64,000 bases of DNA from positions 62,001-126,000 of the forward strand of contig JAVKOQ020000017.1 in NCBI GenBank assembly GCA_031835245.2, written 5' to 3'. The notes under the pieces were generated by a model, which was not told the DNA's origin, made no database searches, and worked only from the letters and a program-made list of their open reading frames with translations. Origin of the DNA: Balamuthia mandrillaris. Lineage: Eukaryota. The translations under genes and the position numbers were made by a program. Positions 25,864 to 38,514 of this stretch are shown here, piece after piece (position 1 is the first letter of the stretch; the number at the start of each line of letters is the position of its first letter).

Positions 25864-25975
25864 TTATCCTTGCTCGTGTCTTCGCTCACATCCTATCTCT
25901 TGTCCTAGCTCGTGTCCTCTCTCATGTCCTATCTCGTGTCCTCTCTCTTGTCCTGACTCATGTCCTCTCTCATAA
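25864..25975. repeat. 12-bp minisatellite (ctcNtgtcctNN), about 9 copies
   Basis: ctcttgtcctag ctcgtgtcctct ctcatgtcctat ctcgtgtcctct ctcttgtcctga ctcatgtcctct. Confidence 0.85.
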
Positions 25976-26033
25976 CTATCAACTTTCTTCTTTTTACTTC
26001 TAAACAACATATAAACGAACAAAAAAAAAATGT

Positions 26034-27547
26034 TCAGTCTTTCGAAACGCCACCAGCGGTATTCAGGCCCATCCACCGCCGAAGAAGGTCGTTGAGCGTA
26101 AAGCTGACGCTCACAAGGGGGACCACCTTGATGTAGTTGATGTGAAGACCACGAAAGAGGGCGGAGAGGCCCTCCTGAAGAGCGATCCGACGAAGACCAT
26201 CCCAGGTGGAGGTATAGCCATAAGAATAAGTTCGTTCGAGCTTCAATCCGTCTATTTGCATTCTTCTCCGAACAACATCCAAAGGATATGTTAGTGTCTG
26301 TCCCGTCAATCCTTTTGATAGACAGGATAATGATATAAGTTTCTCACACAAAGATGAAAGCAGCAAGAAATAAGCATGAAGAAGAAGAAGCAGAAGCAGA
26401 AGGAGGAGGAGGAAAGAAAGAGAAAAGGAAGAAGTACCAGCCATAGCACCAAATACAACACGCAGTGTAGTTGGAATATCGTTCGAGGAAGAAGACGAAG
26501 AAGACCATTTATGTATGTAGTACCACTTCAGAGTGTCATAAACTAAAAAGTTGGTGCCGGCATAGGGCAGGATGCCCAGGATGGTCGGCTGGATGCCTCG
26601 CCACAGCGCCCTCATGCCGCCTTCATGCCGCCACATGGTCATGATGCCGTGTAAAGCACCTTTGTACTGATGTTGCTCCACCTGGACGGCCAACCGAGCT
26701 CTCGTCACGTCTGTTTTTTTTCAACGAGTTTCTGTTTTGTCAAACGAAAAGGCCAAGCAAAGGCAGAAACCGATCGGTTAGAAAGATGGTGAAACCAACC
26801 GAGAGGATAAGTGAACATGACGGCAACGGCCCCGGCCGATGCTCCCGCGAAGAAATTGGCAGCGGGCGATATGGACATCCCCTCTGGCGTGTACCATCGC
26901 TTAAACATATCAAAGGTAGCACTAAGCGCACAACAACCACCACAACGACAAAGAACAACAAACAGGTCAGTCGAGACGAGAGAAAAGAGAAAGAAAGAAA
27001 GAAGCGAACAGCTGCGGTTCTCTCCACTGCAGTGAGGGCCACGTACAATTGAATGGCGGCGTAAGGAAAGACGCGAAGTATGGAGGAGGCGTTGCCTTTG
27101 TAGAGGGCCAAGAAGCCCTCCCGCTGGACGATGCGCTGGAGGGTGCTCACCACGCCGGTGTACGGGTAGTGTATGTTGGCCACTTGGAACAGTATCTTCA
27201 CCCTTTCTAACGAGCAAGGGGGGGAGGGGAGGGAGGAGGAGGAAAAAGGAGTAGCGTGTTAGGCAGGCAGGCAGGCATCAAGGTTTGGAGGATAGAAAGC
27301 AAGAAAGAAAGAAAGCAGTAGCGGCGTTGGTGATGGTGATGGTACCAAGCGGAGCGATGCAGGTTTTGGCGACGACACCAGCAGTGCCTCCGCTGAGGAG
27401 CTTCTTGCCAAAGTCCAGCGGGGTGGTTTTGGCCTGATGATGGTGCTGAGGGTGATCCTGGCGCGCAGCGGAGCACGCCGTCCCGCGTCGTTGCTGCCCA
27501 GCGTCGGCAGGCAAGCCGTGCTCGTTACCATTGCCGTCGCTTCTCAT
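26034..27547 (-). CDS. Mitochondrial carrier (SLC25), CoA-carrier / Graves-disease-carrier-like subfamily
   Basis: LLSGGTAGVVAKTCIAPL-ERVKILFQ, LYKGNASSILRVFPYAAIQ, TYPLDVTRARLA, TYPLDVVRRRMQ: three PxD/ExxK/R carrier signatures. Confidence 0.9.
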
Positions 27548-27780
27548 CTTTTCACACAGGCTTGCGAAAGTGAAGCAAGACGTCCCTTGCCGCTGTTGTT
27601 GGTAGTGAGCGAGAAGCTTTGGGTGTTCGTGTTCGTGTTGGGGTGAAGTGTAGACGAGAGTAACTGGTTGGCTTTGGTTGGCGCAGCAGAGGAGAGGGAA
27701 GGGATGCTTTACTCGAAAATTCGAGGAAGGAACAAGTCCATAGAATGAGAGGGCGGGAAATAAGATGTTTTCCAGTAACT

Positions 27781-27852
27781 TCCCCTGTGGTGTAGTCGGC
27801 AGCACTTCCGCCTGTCACGCGGACAACCCGGGTTCGATTCCCGGCGGGGGAG
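27781..27852 (+). tRNA. tRNA-Asp (GTC)
   Basis: Cloverleaf: acceptor TCCCCTG/CGGGGGA, D arm GTGT..GCAC, anticodon arm TCCGC-CTGTCAC-GCGGA, T arm CCGGG-TTCGATT-CCCGG, discriminator G, followed by an oligo-T Pol III terminator. Confidence 0.97.
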
Positions 27853-27984
27853 TTCTCTTTTTTTTCTTTTTCCTTTTTTTATGTCATTTTTCTTTTTCTT
27901 CTTTTGCTTTTTTCTTCATCGGCTGAATGAAAACGGTGCATGCATGCAATCAAACAAAATCCAAGAATGAAGATGGTATATATT

Positions 27985-30645
27985 TCAATAGCCATCCTTC
28001 TCGTTGAGTTGCTTCTTGATTTGCACAATCGGGTTAACATACAAAACTTCCTCCTCCTCATCCGAACTATCATCGCTGCTGTCGCTGCTGTCTGCATCCT
28101 TGAGCTTTGTCTGGTAGTTGTTGTTGGCAGTACGGGTGGGGGAGGTACCATATCCGGTTCCCTTGTAGTCGGCGCTCTTGGGGAAGAGGATCGGGTTGAT
28201 ATGTACAGACATCTCCTCCTGCTCTGGTGAATGCTGTGGTTGGTGTTCTCTGTTGTTGGTGCTGCTTCCAGAGTGCCGCAGGATGTTGAGAGCTCCAGGA
28301 GCGCTTGGCATGCGCCGCAGTCTCGTCAACGAGGCGCTGCGTAGTTTCGATCTCTCCTTCCATTCCTTCCTGGTGGTTTGCAACGGGGAAGCGAATGTTC
28401 TCAATGGAGAAGTGAGTGTGTCAGCCAATCGCCGTTGTTGCGTACGTTGTGTTTCGTTGTACATCTTCACGGTGTTGTTCTTTAGGATGGGTTCTGCTCC
28501 GTTCTTGATCTCCATCTCTATCCTCGCATTGCCATAGATAAGATTCTCTTCCAGCAGGCCCTTTGCTGTTGGCCATATGATGATGCCTGAATAGAAAGAG
28601 AGATCAACAGAAGCCAACGGACCAAAATACAGAGGAAGAAGAGGGAATACTGACCACTTGCTTGTCCATTATGAATGCTGTTCCTCTTCAGGACCGGGTT
28701 GGTGCCTTGATCTCTAATTTTTACATTTGTCTTCTTGTTGCTGAAGATATCGTTCTCCTCAAGCACTGCATTACTTCCATTCTTAATGTCCACTCCCGAA
28801 GAAAGGCCATTGTAGACCCTGTTCCTGATAAGAGTCACCCGTTCATCATCCTCACCAAGATAGCTGGACTCTATCTTGACGTTGCAGCTCTCATTCCCAA
28901 AGATCTCGTTCTCCTCCAGCAATGCACAGCCGTTCTCCAGGATGCGAACGCCCGTGCCCTTACCGTTGAATATTTGATTTCTTCGTACGATAGGATTGCC
29001 GGCGGTGCTTATCTCGAGGCCACAGACGAGGTTCTCGTAGATGGAATTGTCCTCAAGGAGGCCGCTAGTGTTCATGGCCAAGGAGAAGCCGATCTTTTGG
29101 TTTTGTCCACCGATGACACGGTTGCCTCTCACCACGGGAGCGGCGTCCTGCAGTACCTCAATGCCAATCACCAAGTTGGAGTAGATGTCGTTCCTTTCCA
29201 TGAGAATGGAGCCTTTCCCAGATATCAACACGCCGTTGTGCTTATTGTTGTAGATCTTATTCTGAAGCATAACGGTGCTGTTTCCTCCGCTGTTGCCTTC
29301 TGCTCCTGCTCCTGCCTCTCCGCTCCCTCCACCACGAATCTGGACGCCATAAAGAGCATTGCCGTAGATCTCGTTGCCTTCCAGATGACCACCACCGGTG
29401 TTTATGTCTACGCCTTGAGCAAAGCCATCGTAAATACGGTTGCGACGGAGTATAGGGCGTGCACCTGATTTGATTCGGACTCCAGCTCTGCGATAATTAC
29501 AACAACATTAGCCAACAAACAGCTGAAACAAAAGTTATGAAGGCCAACCTTGCGTTCTGAAAGATGTCATTGTTCTCGAGAGAACCCTTTCCTGACGAGT
29601 GAACATAAATGCCGTCGCTTTTGCCAGAGTATATCCGATTTTTGATGAGAATGGGATCACCGCCTTGCCGTATCTCCACAGCTGAAAGAAGATTTCTGTA
29701 GATACTGTTGGCTTTCAGCAACCCTTTTCCTCCATCATGAATGAGCACTCCCGCAGACTGGTGAACGAAGAATGAGGAATGAGGAATGAGGAATGAGGAA
29801 TAAAGAGACAAGAAGAGATATAAGCAGAAGGCGAAGAAGAAAAGAGAGTGCAGATAGAAAGTTAAAGATGTTGAAAGGGAAATACCAAGCCATCGTGGAT
29901 TTGGTTGCGCTTCAAGACAGGATTGGCACCATCTCGTATGTTGAAGCCGGAGCGGCCATTGCTGTGAATGTTGTTGGATTCGAAGTAACCCAAGCCATCT
30001 TTGTGGACGCAAACGCCTCGTTGCTTTCCTTTGTGTATTTCGTTGAGTTTGAAGATTGGATTCGCTCCTGATTTTATCTTGATGCCAGCTCTGTTGTTGT
30101 TGCGTATGTCGTTTCCTTTAAATACAAAAGGAAGACCAAAAAAAAGATATGGTATGAGAAAAAATCATAAACAATTGTTAAATGAACAAGAGAGAGAGAG
30201 AGAGAGAGAGAGAAGAGAGGTAATAAAAACAAAGGAAAAAGTACCTTCAAAGAGTCCCTTTCCATTATTTACAGCCATTACACCGGTTGAGTTACCATCC
30301 CTTATTATATTGTTAATGAATTTTGGTTCGCTGTGATTCCTTACTTCTACGCCTTTAAGAGAAAAAAACGTGAGATACGTATTATACGTTCCGTGGAAGA
30401 AAAAAGTTATAACGATACGTACAAGCATGACTGTGAGCAAAAATGTCGTTGTCCTCGTATAAGCCAGCGCCATAGTCCAAAACCAGAACCCCGATATTAG
30501 TGCTATCATGAATCCTGTTGCGGCGAATGATAGGAGTTGCCTTATTGCTTACGGCTATGCAGGCCAGACCGTCGCTGCTTATATCACAATCCTTTACCAC
30601 CAATGCTTCAAAAACAGAGTTGGTTGTCAGCAAGAGAAAGAGAAA

Positions 30646-30687
<42 letters not shown>

Positions 30688-32591
30688 ACGTTACCTCCTT
30701 GATTAATGTGAATGGCAGAATGTTTGCCTGTTCCAACTTGTTCGATCTTAATGTTCTGCACTTTGCCTTTCTCTGTGCGAAAAGACAAAGCGCTGCGAGA
30801 CTTTGCACGTATCTAATTTGGTTTTGTGAAACCTTGGTTACAACAGACAGACGAACGAAATGTGTTGAAAGGAGAAGAATCAACGCACTACAACATCCTC
30901 ACAATTGCCATCTCCAACGATCCGCAAGGGCTTATTGATGGTTATGCTTTCCTCGTAGACTCCTTTTGCCAGAATGAGGGTATCCATTAGCTCCAGTTCT
31001 TCCTTGTTGTTGCTATTGCCGCTGCTACTGCTATAGTTGTTGCTACTGCTGCCACCGCTGCGTTTGATTGTGCAGCGGTGGAAGGATTGGCAGCATTAAT
31101 AGCTTCGCCGATCGTAGCGTATGTGCCTCTGTGTGTTGCATAGCTCGTTTTCCACGTCTTCCCATTTGCCACTACTGCCACTCCTACGCAAGCGTTAACA
31201 AGTAAAAATAAAGGACGAAATTTTAAAAAAGTACCTGTGTTCCATTTGTGTTTTTTGAAGTAATGTTTCCACATTCTGCCATCGTCGGCCAGTCGCTTCC
31301 ACTGCCGACTAACTCCAGCGATGATGCAGAGGGTCTTCGCGTCCAGAAAGGAGAAGATGTATTGCGCCAACTCATCCGATAGAGTCGCTATAAAATCCAC
31401 CACTAACCGGCTCTGGGTTGTTTCATTCAAAGAGCAGAAATAAAGAATTACAAGAGAAAAAAGAGACAAAACAAAAGGCAGAAGAAAACAGAGAAGAGAG
31501 AGAGAGATACCTCATGAGATATGGCAAGATGGATATCGCCGACCTTTGGGAACTTATCGGACCTGCGACTGAGAGGGTACCATTCCACCAGCTCTTCTCC
31601 TTCCGGAAGGCTTTGCATTTTCCACAAAAGATGCTGCACGGAGAGCTTCACAGTGCCCACCAAAGAGTCCTTCAAGAAGGCTTCCTTGTTCCAGAGCAGC
31701 ACTCCAATGTCTTGTGAGTCCAGTTCTGACGACCGTAATTGACTATGTATGGTCCAATGAACAGTGTTAATGACAATAGGAGAACAAAGAAGGAATAAAG
31801 AAACACAACAGGAAGGAAAGGATAAGAAAGATGGAAGGCCCAAGAACAAGAAGAACAAGAACAAGAAGAAGAAGAAGAACAAGGAGAACAAGAAGAACAA
31901 GAAGAAGAACAACAAGAAGAACAAGAACAAGAAGAACAAGAACAAGAACAAGAACAAGAACAAGAACAAGAACAAGAACAAGAACAAGAACAAGAACAAG
32001 AACAAGAACAAGAACACAATGAAAAAAAGCAGTAGCAAGGGAAGGGAAACAAACAAGTAAAACGTGGAGTTCCATTTAGGGTGAAGGGAGTTCTTAGCAA
32101 CAGCAGTCTTAGCGTGCACCTCATCCCCAACCCACACCTGGCAGTAAGCCTTGTGCCGTTGCTTGAGCCCAACGAACCTCCACTCCTTGTAAGGCTGCAG
32201 CTTTGCTTCCAAAACTACAGCCACAAGGGGAAAAAACCAATCAATGTTATATATGAGTAACGCGATGAAAAAAACAGAAAAAAAAAACAAACTTACTCCG
32301 TAACGTAAACAAATGTATCTTATCTTCAATCTCTGCAAAGTTGGAATTATCTTCATCCTCTGCTTCTTCTTCTTCCTCTTCTTTCTCTTTCTCTTTTTCC
32401 TGTTTCCACGCGGCTGATCTGGTCGTTTTAGCTTCCTTGCTATGGCTGCGAGGGAGCTCCGTTGGTGGCCGCGTTGCTCCTTTCGGAGCTATTCCCTGTC
32501 TCTCCCCATCCTGCCCGGACGAAGAAGCGGAGGAGGTTGACGGAGGAGAAGTCTCTTGCGTTTCCGCCCCATCGGCTCCGCTTTCTTTCAT
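27985..32591 (-). CDS. C2 + F-box + right-handed beta-helix (PbH1/CASH) protein, FBXO11-like; multi-exon
   Basis: C2: YCQVWVGDEVHAKTAVAKNSLHPKWNSTF...KDSLVGTVKL...EWYPL. F-box: LSDELAQYIFSFLDAKTLCIIAGVSRQWKRLADD. Many NxI(Y/H)xGxxxGV...G.LExNDIFxN beta-helix repeats. Confidence 0.85.
31841..32015. repeat. (AAGAAC)n/(AAG)n intronic simple repeat
   Basis: Visible directly; lies in an intron of the C2/F-box gene. Confidence 0.9.
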
Positions 32592-32835
32592 CGAGTTTTT
32601 TTTTATTTATTTTAATTTTTTTTTTGTTTCAAGCACACGTCAAACATGTCAATTTTCGCTTTTGTTTGAATGACCAGAAATTGTTCTCATTATGACGTGT
32701 AATGGATCAGAAAATGTGACCATCCATTTTTGGTTTTGGTGTTGTTGTGGTTTCCGGTAACCAGTTGTTCAGTAAAAGTGTACAAGTTGTGCAGTTTTGC
32801 TTCTCCGTTGTCCGCAAAAAATGAAAGGCGAACCT

Positions 32836-33628
32836 TCATGTTGATTTCTGCTTCTGCTGGCTGAGCCGAAGGAGGAGCAAACGCCGTTGCCGCTGCCGAT
32901 ACTTGCTCCACCAGGAGAAGGTGCACAGGTCCAGCAAGTAGTTGAGATGCTCGTCGTTCTCCTGAAGAATGCTGTGGAAGACGATAACATGCGTGACGTT
33001 GGCGTAGAGCGACCACACCAACACCATCCCTGTGTAGATCCAATCTGGCGTCTCCGTACCGCAAGAGGCTGGCTCGCACGAGAGAAACGAGAAGAGGCTT
33101 GAAGAGGAGGAAAACGGTGCACCCGGCAAGTGGCAGGGAATGCAGAAATGAGTCCATAGGGACCACATTGCCCAGAGCGAAGCCAAAGGATAGCAGATGA
33201 GGCGAGTGAGGATCCATGCCGCCCATTGAAGGACGCGCAGCACCTTCCAAAAGGTTCTTTGCGTCAGCAACAGCCGCCATTGCATGCATAGCTTCTCGAT
33301 GAGCTCTGTTATTTCGGAGAGAGAATCAAGCAGCATGCAGGCCATCATCCCTCCTCCTATTCCACTTTTTTCCAGTTAGTTGGTAGAGTCCAACGTTATC
33401 GAGTGTAACTACATAAAGGCCAGGAAACAAAAATAAGACAAAAGAAAGGAACGTACTAGTACAACTGATACGCAATGCCCACAAAGGAAAGCGGATGATG
33501 TGCTTTGTGTAGGCATTTTTTGTTTGTTTGTTTGTTTACATGAGAGCGTGAGAGAGATAGAGAGAGAAAGAGGTAGGGAGAGGATAAGGAGATGAAGACA
33601 TTGCTGGACAGTCTTTCCTAATGAGAGC

Positions 33629-33673
<45 letters not shown>

Positions 33674-34116
33674 TACTCACCAAAAATGATATCCGGTTGC
33701 ACGTACCGCAAGCCAAGGGCGTATCCAACGGTCTCCATGCAAAAGTCAAAGAAGCATAGGTAGAGCACACGCGCTTGCACCGCCGTCATGGCCAGAATAA
33801 AAGGCGTCGTGGCGGCGGTCCTCTCCGCTGAAAAGAGCTGGCTCTCAAAGAGAACGCTGTACAAGCAGGACCAAAAGACAAAGTTGACGCTGAAAAAGTT
33901 ATACGTCTCCAAATACTTTTCAACCTTTTGTTTATCTTTCCTCAATATATAAAACAAACTTTGCAGGTTGTAACGTCAGACATATTATTGTTGGCTTTTT
34001 TTTTGTTAAGAAGAAACGTACATGACGGCAACGCCAGAGTCGATGCAGCCGCCAACCAACAAGGTGGTCAAGACCCCAAGGCCACCTCCGGCAGCCATCT
34101 CTCCTTCCGCGGTCAT
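32836..34116 (-). CDS. Multi-pass membrane protein of unknown function; multi-exon
   Basis: Probable start MTAEGEMAAGGGLGVLTTLLVGGCIDSGVAV. Hydrophobic exons NFFSVNFVFWSCLYSVLF, WAAWILTRLICYPLASLWAMW, WIYTGMVLVWSLYANV. Confidence 0.6.
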
Positions 34117-34388
34117 CCTTCGCTCGAAACGTGTGTTTCTTTTATTTCTAATAAAAATAAATTGTCTACATCCGGCTTCGAACTCGCGGCGTCGACATAA
34201 AAATGCAAGCTATTATCCCCCATGTCCTCAATCTCGTAGGTAAGCGTTAATTTCTTCGAATTTCCCTCACAGAAAAATGCGCCCTATAATGCCCACAGTG
34301 CAGAGACCATTCCACTGCTGTAAACAGGTTACTCTCGTGAGCTCTCTTTCTTTGCAACGTTGGCATCGTGTGGACTACCAGCAAGGTG

Positions 34389-34748
34389 ATGGAGAAAAGG
34401 GCTCTCGATGCGGGTGGAGGGGACCGTTGGTCGCCCTTGGGGAGCCCCAAGCGCAGCAGGCATGAGAAGGAGATAGGCAGGGAGGCTTCCTTCTCCTCCG
34501 CCGAGGAGGAGGGGTACGGGAGCAGCAGCTCCAGCGAAGGTGGTGGTGGTGGAGGGGTGCCGGAAGACTTTGGGCTGCGCAACGGCACCGAGGTGAGCAA
34601 CAAGACGACGGTTTTGAGGGAGGTGGATGCCGTTTTGGGACGCGACAAGCCTCCGGCCGTCGAGTTCATATTCGTGGAACCCTACTCGGACTTTGCTTTT
34701 CCTATCATAGGGGGTTACGGCCTTTCTCGCAACCCTTACGGCCAGTAA

Positions 34749-34792
<44 letters not shown>

Positions 34793-34914
34793 TCAACACG
34801 CTCACTCTCTTTTTTTTAGCGCAGCGGTTCGCTATACGTTACCGTGGGGTGAAGAAGTGGTTATGAACATTGTGGGCCTTCCTGGTCAGGTTAGTACTTG
34901 CCAAAACCTCTATG

Positions 34915-34951
<37 letters not shown>

Positions 34952-35860
34952 AGAGAGATAGAGACGAGAGAGAGGCGAGAGAGAAAGAAAACAAAAAAGC
35001 TAAACATTTTGGAACAGACAATGGTGAACTTCTTGCGACCAGAAGAATACTTCTTCGGCACCAAGTCATGGGAGGAAGGCGCTGAGCAAGGCGGCATCTA
35101 CAACCGCAACATGGCCACGGTGCGCATCGAAGAGTGGCCGGCAGAGCAGATCCTCGACATGCACAACTACTTCCAAAAACTGCAACGCAAGGGCTTCCAA
35201 AAGACTGCCAAGTTCAGCCTTTTGCTCTCCCCTCTCTACAATGGGCTAGCCTCATGGCTGCCTTGGCGGTTGGCCGAACGAGGCAACTGTGCTCGGTTCA
35301 CTTCCGCTGGTCTTGTTGAAGGAGGTCTCCTCTATCGCCCGACCATGTGGCCCAAGTCTATATGGGTGCAGCTCTTTGAAACACAAGCACGTTGTCAAGC
35401 TCCTTCATGTTCTTCTTCTCCTTCTTCTTCATCATCATCTTCTTCTTCTCCGAACGTGAACGTGGTGTACTTTCGACGAGTGAGGCATGTACAAAGAACG
35501 TATGGCTCAGAGGCGCGTGCCATCGGTGCCGTGGCTCCTCTCCATTCCTTAGGCAACATTCTTTACTTCGACCTTGAACGCTATGCCAACGCTGTAGTCG
35601 ACGTGCCAGAGGGTAGCACCACCGCCCAAGTGCATCGGCGAGAGTCTCCTGCTCAACCTTCCTTCCTTCGTTATCATCGTTTTGGCATTAGCACAACAAC
35701 AGCAGCAGCAGTTGCTGCTCTTTCCGTCTATGCTTGGCGAAGAGGAAGAAGCGGGGGAGTAGGAGGAAGCGGGGGAAGAGGCGGAGCAGCTGCTTTGGCA
35801 GCGCTTCAAGCGAGACTATCGGGAAGAAAGCGGCTGCGATGGACAACACGGCCGAGTTGA
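34389..35860 (+). CDS. Hypothetical protein, possible permuted papain-like (NlpC/P60) enzyme; 3 exons
   Basis: Splicing (GGC CA|gtaacg...ttttag|C GCA) gives NPYGHAAVRY; downstream GNCARFTSAGL; C-terminal hydrophobic segment followed by a basic tail. Confidence 0.6.
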
Positions 35861-35931
35861 CGATGAAGCCTGAGTTAATGCAGTCACAGAAAAAAGCAAC
35901 AAAACAAGGATTTGTATTTATTGGGTTCTCT

Positions 35932-37271
35932 TTACTTTTGTGGTTCTTCTGTTCCACTCTCTTCTGCTGGACATGAACAGGAACAACCATCGTGGTCGTG
36001 GTGATGGTGTTGTTGCAGGTACTCCTCTTGAATTCGTTTTCGGTAACTGCTGCTTCGAAACCACACAATGAGGTTGTACCTCTCTCCAGCGATGATGGGC
36101 TTTGCGCCGTGTCTGTGCCGTCCCATGTGCAGCAGAGCTCTTCCTGGAATCTGCTCGTACTCGAAACCCTCCGAGTGGGTTTCTTCGTCTTCCAAAAGGC
36201 CTTTGAAGTACAATGAACCACCTTCAGAGCGAGAGGGTGAGAAGGTGGAAGAGCCACAAAGAATCTCGGAGAGGCTTACCTTGGAAGTCTTTGCCAAGGC
36301 AAAGGTTCAGCGTAACTTCAGAGTCATCATAATGAAAGTCCAAGTCTCGATCCTTATCCATCTCATATTGTACCTAACAGAAAGCCAGATCATTAAAGAA
36401 GAACAAGAAAAACAAGAAGCAGGAAGCAGGAAGCAGAAGAACAAGAAGAGAAGAAGATGGATGAAAAGCAAATCCATACGATAAAACTGTGATGGTCATC
36501 CAAGCTGTCCCCTCCACAATCAGGATAGAGCATGCTAGCCAACGGCACTACGTACTTCTCCCTAAGCTCGGAGAAGAACGGACGAAATCCAATCTCATCC
36601 AGGATGAGGCCATAGTTGTTCATCGAGTTGGGCCTCATGACGGGCAGGCCCGAGCGTTCAAAGTGGTCCACCTCCTCGATGAGCTGCTGGCAGAACTCAG
36701 GCGTGAAGACTACCAGGCTGTACAGCCTCGTCGTGGCAGTTTCCTGGCGGAGAATGGAGAGCAAGGCCTCCTTCCTCTCGCTCTCCGCCGAGTCTTGGAG
36801 GGCGGCAACGGTGGCAAAGGCCTGGAGGAAGGAGGGCATCAGCATGTCGTCGGAGAGGCGGTAGAGGTGAGGGTGTTTGGGGCGGTAAAGCTCCTGGATG
36901 AGCTCCTTGCGGGCGACCTGCATGGCCTCCAGCCTTTTGAGCCGTTGCACCATCTCCTGCGGTGTTATCATACGAGCTTGTGGCGCTTCTTCCCCTTCCG
37001 TTGAGTCAAAACTCTCAAAGGCTTCTCGGTCAACGACGATGTAGGGCTGGCGGGAGGCGTCCAGGTCGGGGAACCAGCGCTGCCCGTCCGGCTCAGCAGG
37101 GCGTGGTTGAGGCAGCACCTCCTCCGCCTCTTTGTCCAATAAAATCAGTTCCGTGGGGCACTGGAACAACCTCTCCAAACGTTCTTTGGTCACGTAGTCC
37201 TTGGCGAGGCGCAAGCTTCCATAGAGACCATGCAAGCTCTCAAAAGTGATCGTCTCCTTGGCTTCCTCCAT
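35932..37271 (-). CDS. OGFOD2: 2-oxoglutarate/Fe(II) oxygenase, OGFOD2-like; multi-exon
   Basis: RPNSMNNYGLILDEIGF, LDDHHSFIV, DLDFHYDDSEVTLNLCLGKDF (HxD motif), GRALLHMGRHRHGAKPI..GERYNLIVW. Confidence 0.85.
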
Positions 37272-37620
37272 CCTCTCTTTGTTTTTTTTTTGTTCTCTCT
37301 TTTCTTCTCTTTCTTACTTCTTTCTGCCAGTTTTCGTGGAAACTTCAACAATTATTTTCGAGAATTTTTTGAGAATTTTCATTGAATTCTCCGGCCAATC
37401 GATAATAATTCTTTAAATTAATACCTCGTTCTCTGTTTTGCGATTGGTTGTGAACTCCATCCCAAATGAAATGGAATTAGCAATTTGAAAATTGTACGAG
37501 CGAACCCTCTACCTTCCCCGTTTTTTTTTTCCGTTGCCATGTATGTATTATTCGTCACTCCCCTTGCAGAGGTTTTCTTTCTTTCTTTTTTTTCTAGCTC
37601 CCTCACAACGCACACACAGA

Positions 37621-38014
37621 ATGAAGTTCTTGCTCGGTTTGTTGGTCGTTTTCTGCTTCGCTTCCCTCACTTTGGCTGCTGACCTCCAAAGGGTTTGACT
37701 TTTTTTTATTTCTTCCCATTTATTTATTTTTTTTTTTTGTTGCTTCCTCCTTCTGTGCTTGTTTCTCACTCTCTCTCTCTCTCTCTCTCTCACAAAAAAA
37801 AAAAAATTGCTGTGTCCAACAGTTGGACTTTGCTTTGGAGTACCAGGGAACTTTCATCCCTTCCGCCACTGAGCCCAACCACTTCAGCGGCAAGTTCAAG
37901 GCCCAGTCCCAAAGCGCCACCACCCACATCCGTGGCAATGGCACCGTCAACTTCAACGTCCACCGCACCATCGGCAGCGTCTCCGTCCTCTACGTACGTT
38001 TCTTCTTCATCCCA

Positions 38015-38057
<43 letters not shown>

Positions 38058-38421
38058 CACTGCCTTTCTACTCTTCTCTTTCTTTCCAATATTTTCTCAT
38101 TTATTTGAATGTTGTGGGGCAACACAACAGCTGGAAGTGAACGCCACTGAGGAGCACCTCGATTCCGTGACCGGCAACCTGACCTTTGGCGTGCACACCA
38201 CTCACAACGACCACACCCTGTCCTTTGCCAACGAGGCCCCCCACAAGTACAACCACATCACCGACGAGTTCTGGACCACCGGTTGTGTGTTGCACGTGAC
38301 CAGCGGAGAGGGAGCCTACGAGGATGCCATCGGCACCATCACTCTCAACGCCGTTATTGACACCGAGACCGGAGACGCCATCATCGCCGCCGTCGGCATC
38401 CTCTGGGTTGACAAGAACTAA
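37621..38421 (+). CDS. Small secreted beta-rich protein; 3 exons
   Basis: Signal peptide MKFLLGLLVVFCFASLTLA, strongly biased codons, ends ...VTSGEGAYEDAIGTITLNAVIDTETGDAIIAAVGILWVDKN*. Confidence 0.8.
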
Positions 38422-38514
38422 AAAGAAGTGTGTGTGGCCCTGCCTTTTTTTCACAACTCAGAAGCAGTAACAAAAAAAAAGAAGTTGAAAACAAACCAAC
38501 CTTCTCTTTCTTCT

